Assembly: GCA_037379345.1 (NCBI GenBank)
Contig: CM074515.1
Location: 8,990,001-9,054,000 of the forward strand
Reading direction: 5' to 3'
DNA: 64,000 bases
DNA from: Perna viridis
Lineage: Eukaryota
Of the stretch, positions 62,951 through 64,000 are shown piece after piece. Both the position numbers and the translations under genes were made by a program. Under the pieces are notes generated by a model that was not told the origin of the DNA, ran no database searches, and worked only from the letters and a program-made list of their open reading frames with translations. How positions within the stretch are numbered: position 1 is the stretch's first letter; the number at the start of each line of letters is the position of its first letter.

Positions 62951-64000
62951 TTAAGATCTAGGATGAAAGTCTAGACAGCATTGCAATTTTGCAACATTAC
63001 ATTGAGCTTGGGACACAAAATTTAGTTGACCAATAAAAAATATTATTCTAAAATCATCAATGATTTTTTGAGTAATCAGTTAAAACAGACCTTCCAAGCT
63101 TATTAGTACACACCCAAGCCAAATTAAAGAAATTGACGAGTAGCACTGTCTTTCATCATAAATGTATACTTAATTAGTTTACACCGATACTTACAAGCTG
63201 ATTAACAATTATTAGCATTGAACATTACTCAGTCCTTATTCTAATAAATAAAATGTTCGTTCATCTAGTATTTATCATATTTCATTTTTGTTAAGTAATT
63301 ACGAAGAAATAGTTTGATAAATATACCAATTACGACTTACCCAAGTATTCTAACTGCAACAAATACGCAAACACTTTTTAATTACTTAAATTTATTTAAT
63401 TCTAAAACACACATAATCATGTAATTAACAAATGATTTGACCGAATTTATCTTATATTTTAATACTATTTTATGCGCATTTACCAATCAGTTACACAAAT
63501 TGGCCGATTTCCGTTTTTCTGAGAAGTCTTCGTGACACACCAATGAGGTTTTTGTCAAAGCGACACACACAGAATAACTGGGCAACTCTCGGAAATGACA
63601 GGGTGACTTGACTTCGCATTTGACAGGCTGTTAGGGCGAAGTCAGTGACATCTGAGCGACTTCTTCACCCAAATAACACGATAGTGTGAGCCCTGTACTA
63701 ACAGAATCCCTGTAAGGAAAGGTTGTGCGAGATACGTAAGGAGAGTCAAGACCGCAAAAAAACCCAATCATCATAATGTGAAGCATTTCCGTTACAATGC
63801 AATTCTGTTTGTTAATGACTGGAACCAGATGTGTACATGGACAATTAGCTAATCCCTTTCGGGATTCAGTGTAAGAATCTATTTTCTGTTTTGGCAGCCA
63901 AATCCGAAAATAGCTCCAGACACTGAATCCAGAAAGGGTTTAGACAATTAGCCTGCTGAGGCTCCCTGTCCATGAATGTGTGGTACACATTCCACCCTCT

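Overview
AT-rich eukaryotic genomic DNA, most likely a bivalve mollusc such as an oyster (inferred from the repeat families, not proven). There are two convergent host genes. One is a 2-exon class A peptide-type GPCR (+, 27048-29211). The other is a CCDC191-like coiled-coil gene (-, 36260-57439) with 16 traced exons in consistent phase; its start exon was not found. Positions 4.8-17 kb are a nest of decayed retroelements: two Gypsy elements, an RTE LINE and several Penelope-like (Naiad-type) RT insertions. A decayed hAT/ZNF862-like transposase lies at 60-63 kb. Helentron-type (HINE) satellite-carrying elements, MITEs and minisatellites fill the rest. Most unusual features: (1) a 23-copy 68-bp array inside CCDC191 whose unit reads as a 33-nt in-frame micro-exon plus a 35-nt GT-AG spacer, with the only consensus CTAAC branch point in front of the outermost copy; (2) a composite or cointegrate-like transposon made of two 467-bp MITEs that share one outer 4-bp TSD; (3) a conserved hairpin in the Penelope-like 3' UTR; (4) a tRNA-derived foldback element; (5) an exon fragment copied into the next intron between 13-bp direct repeats. 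All coordinates were counted by hand and may be off by a few bases.
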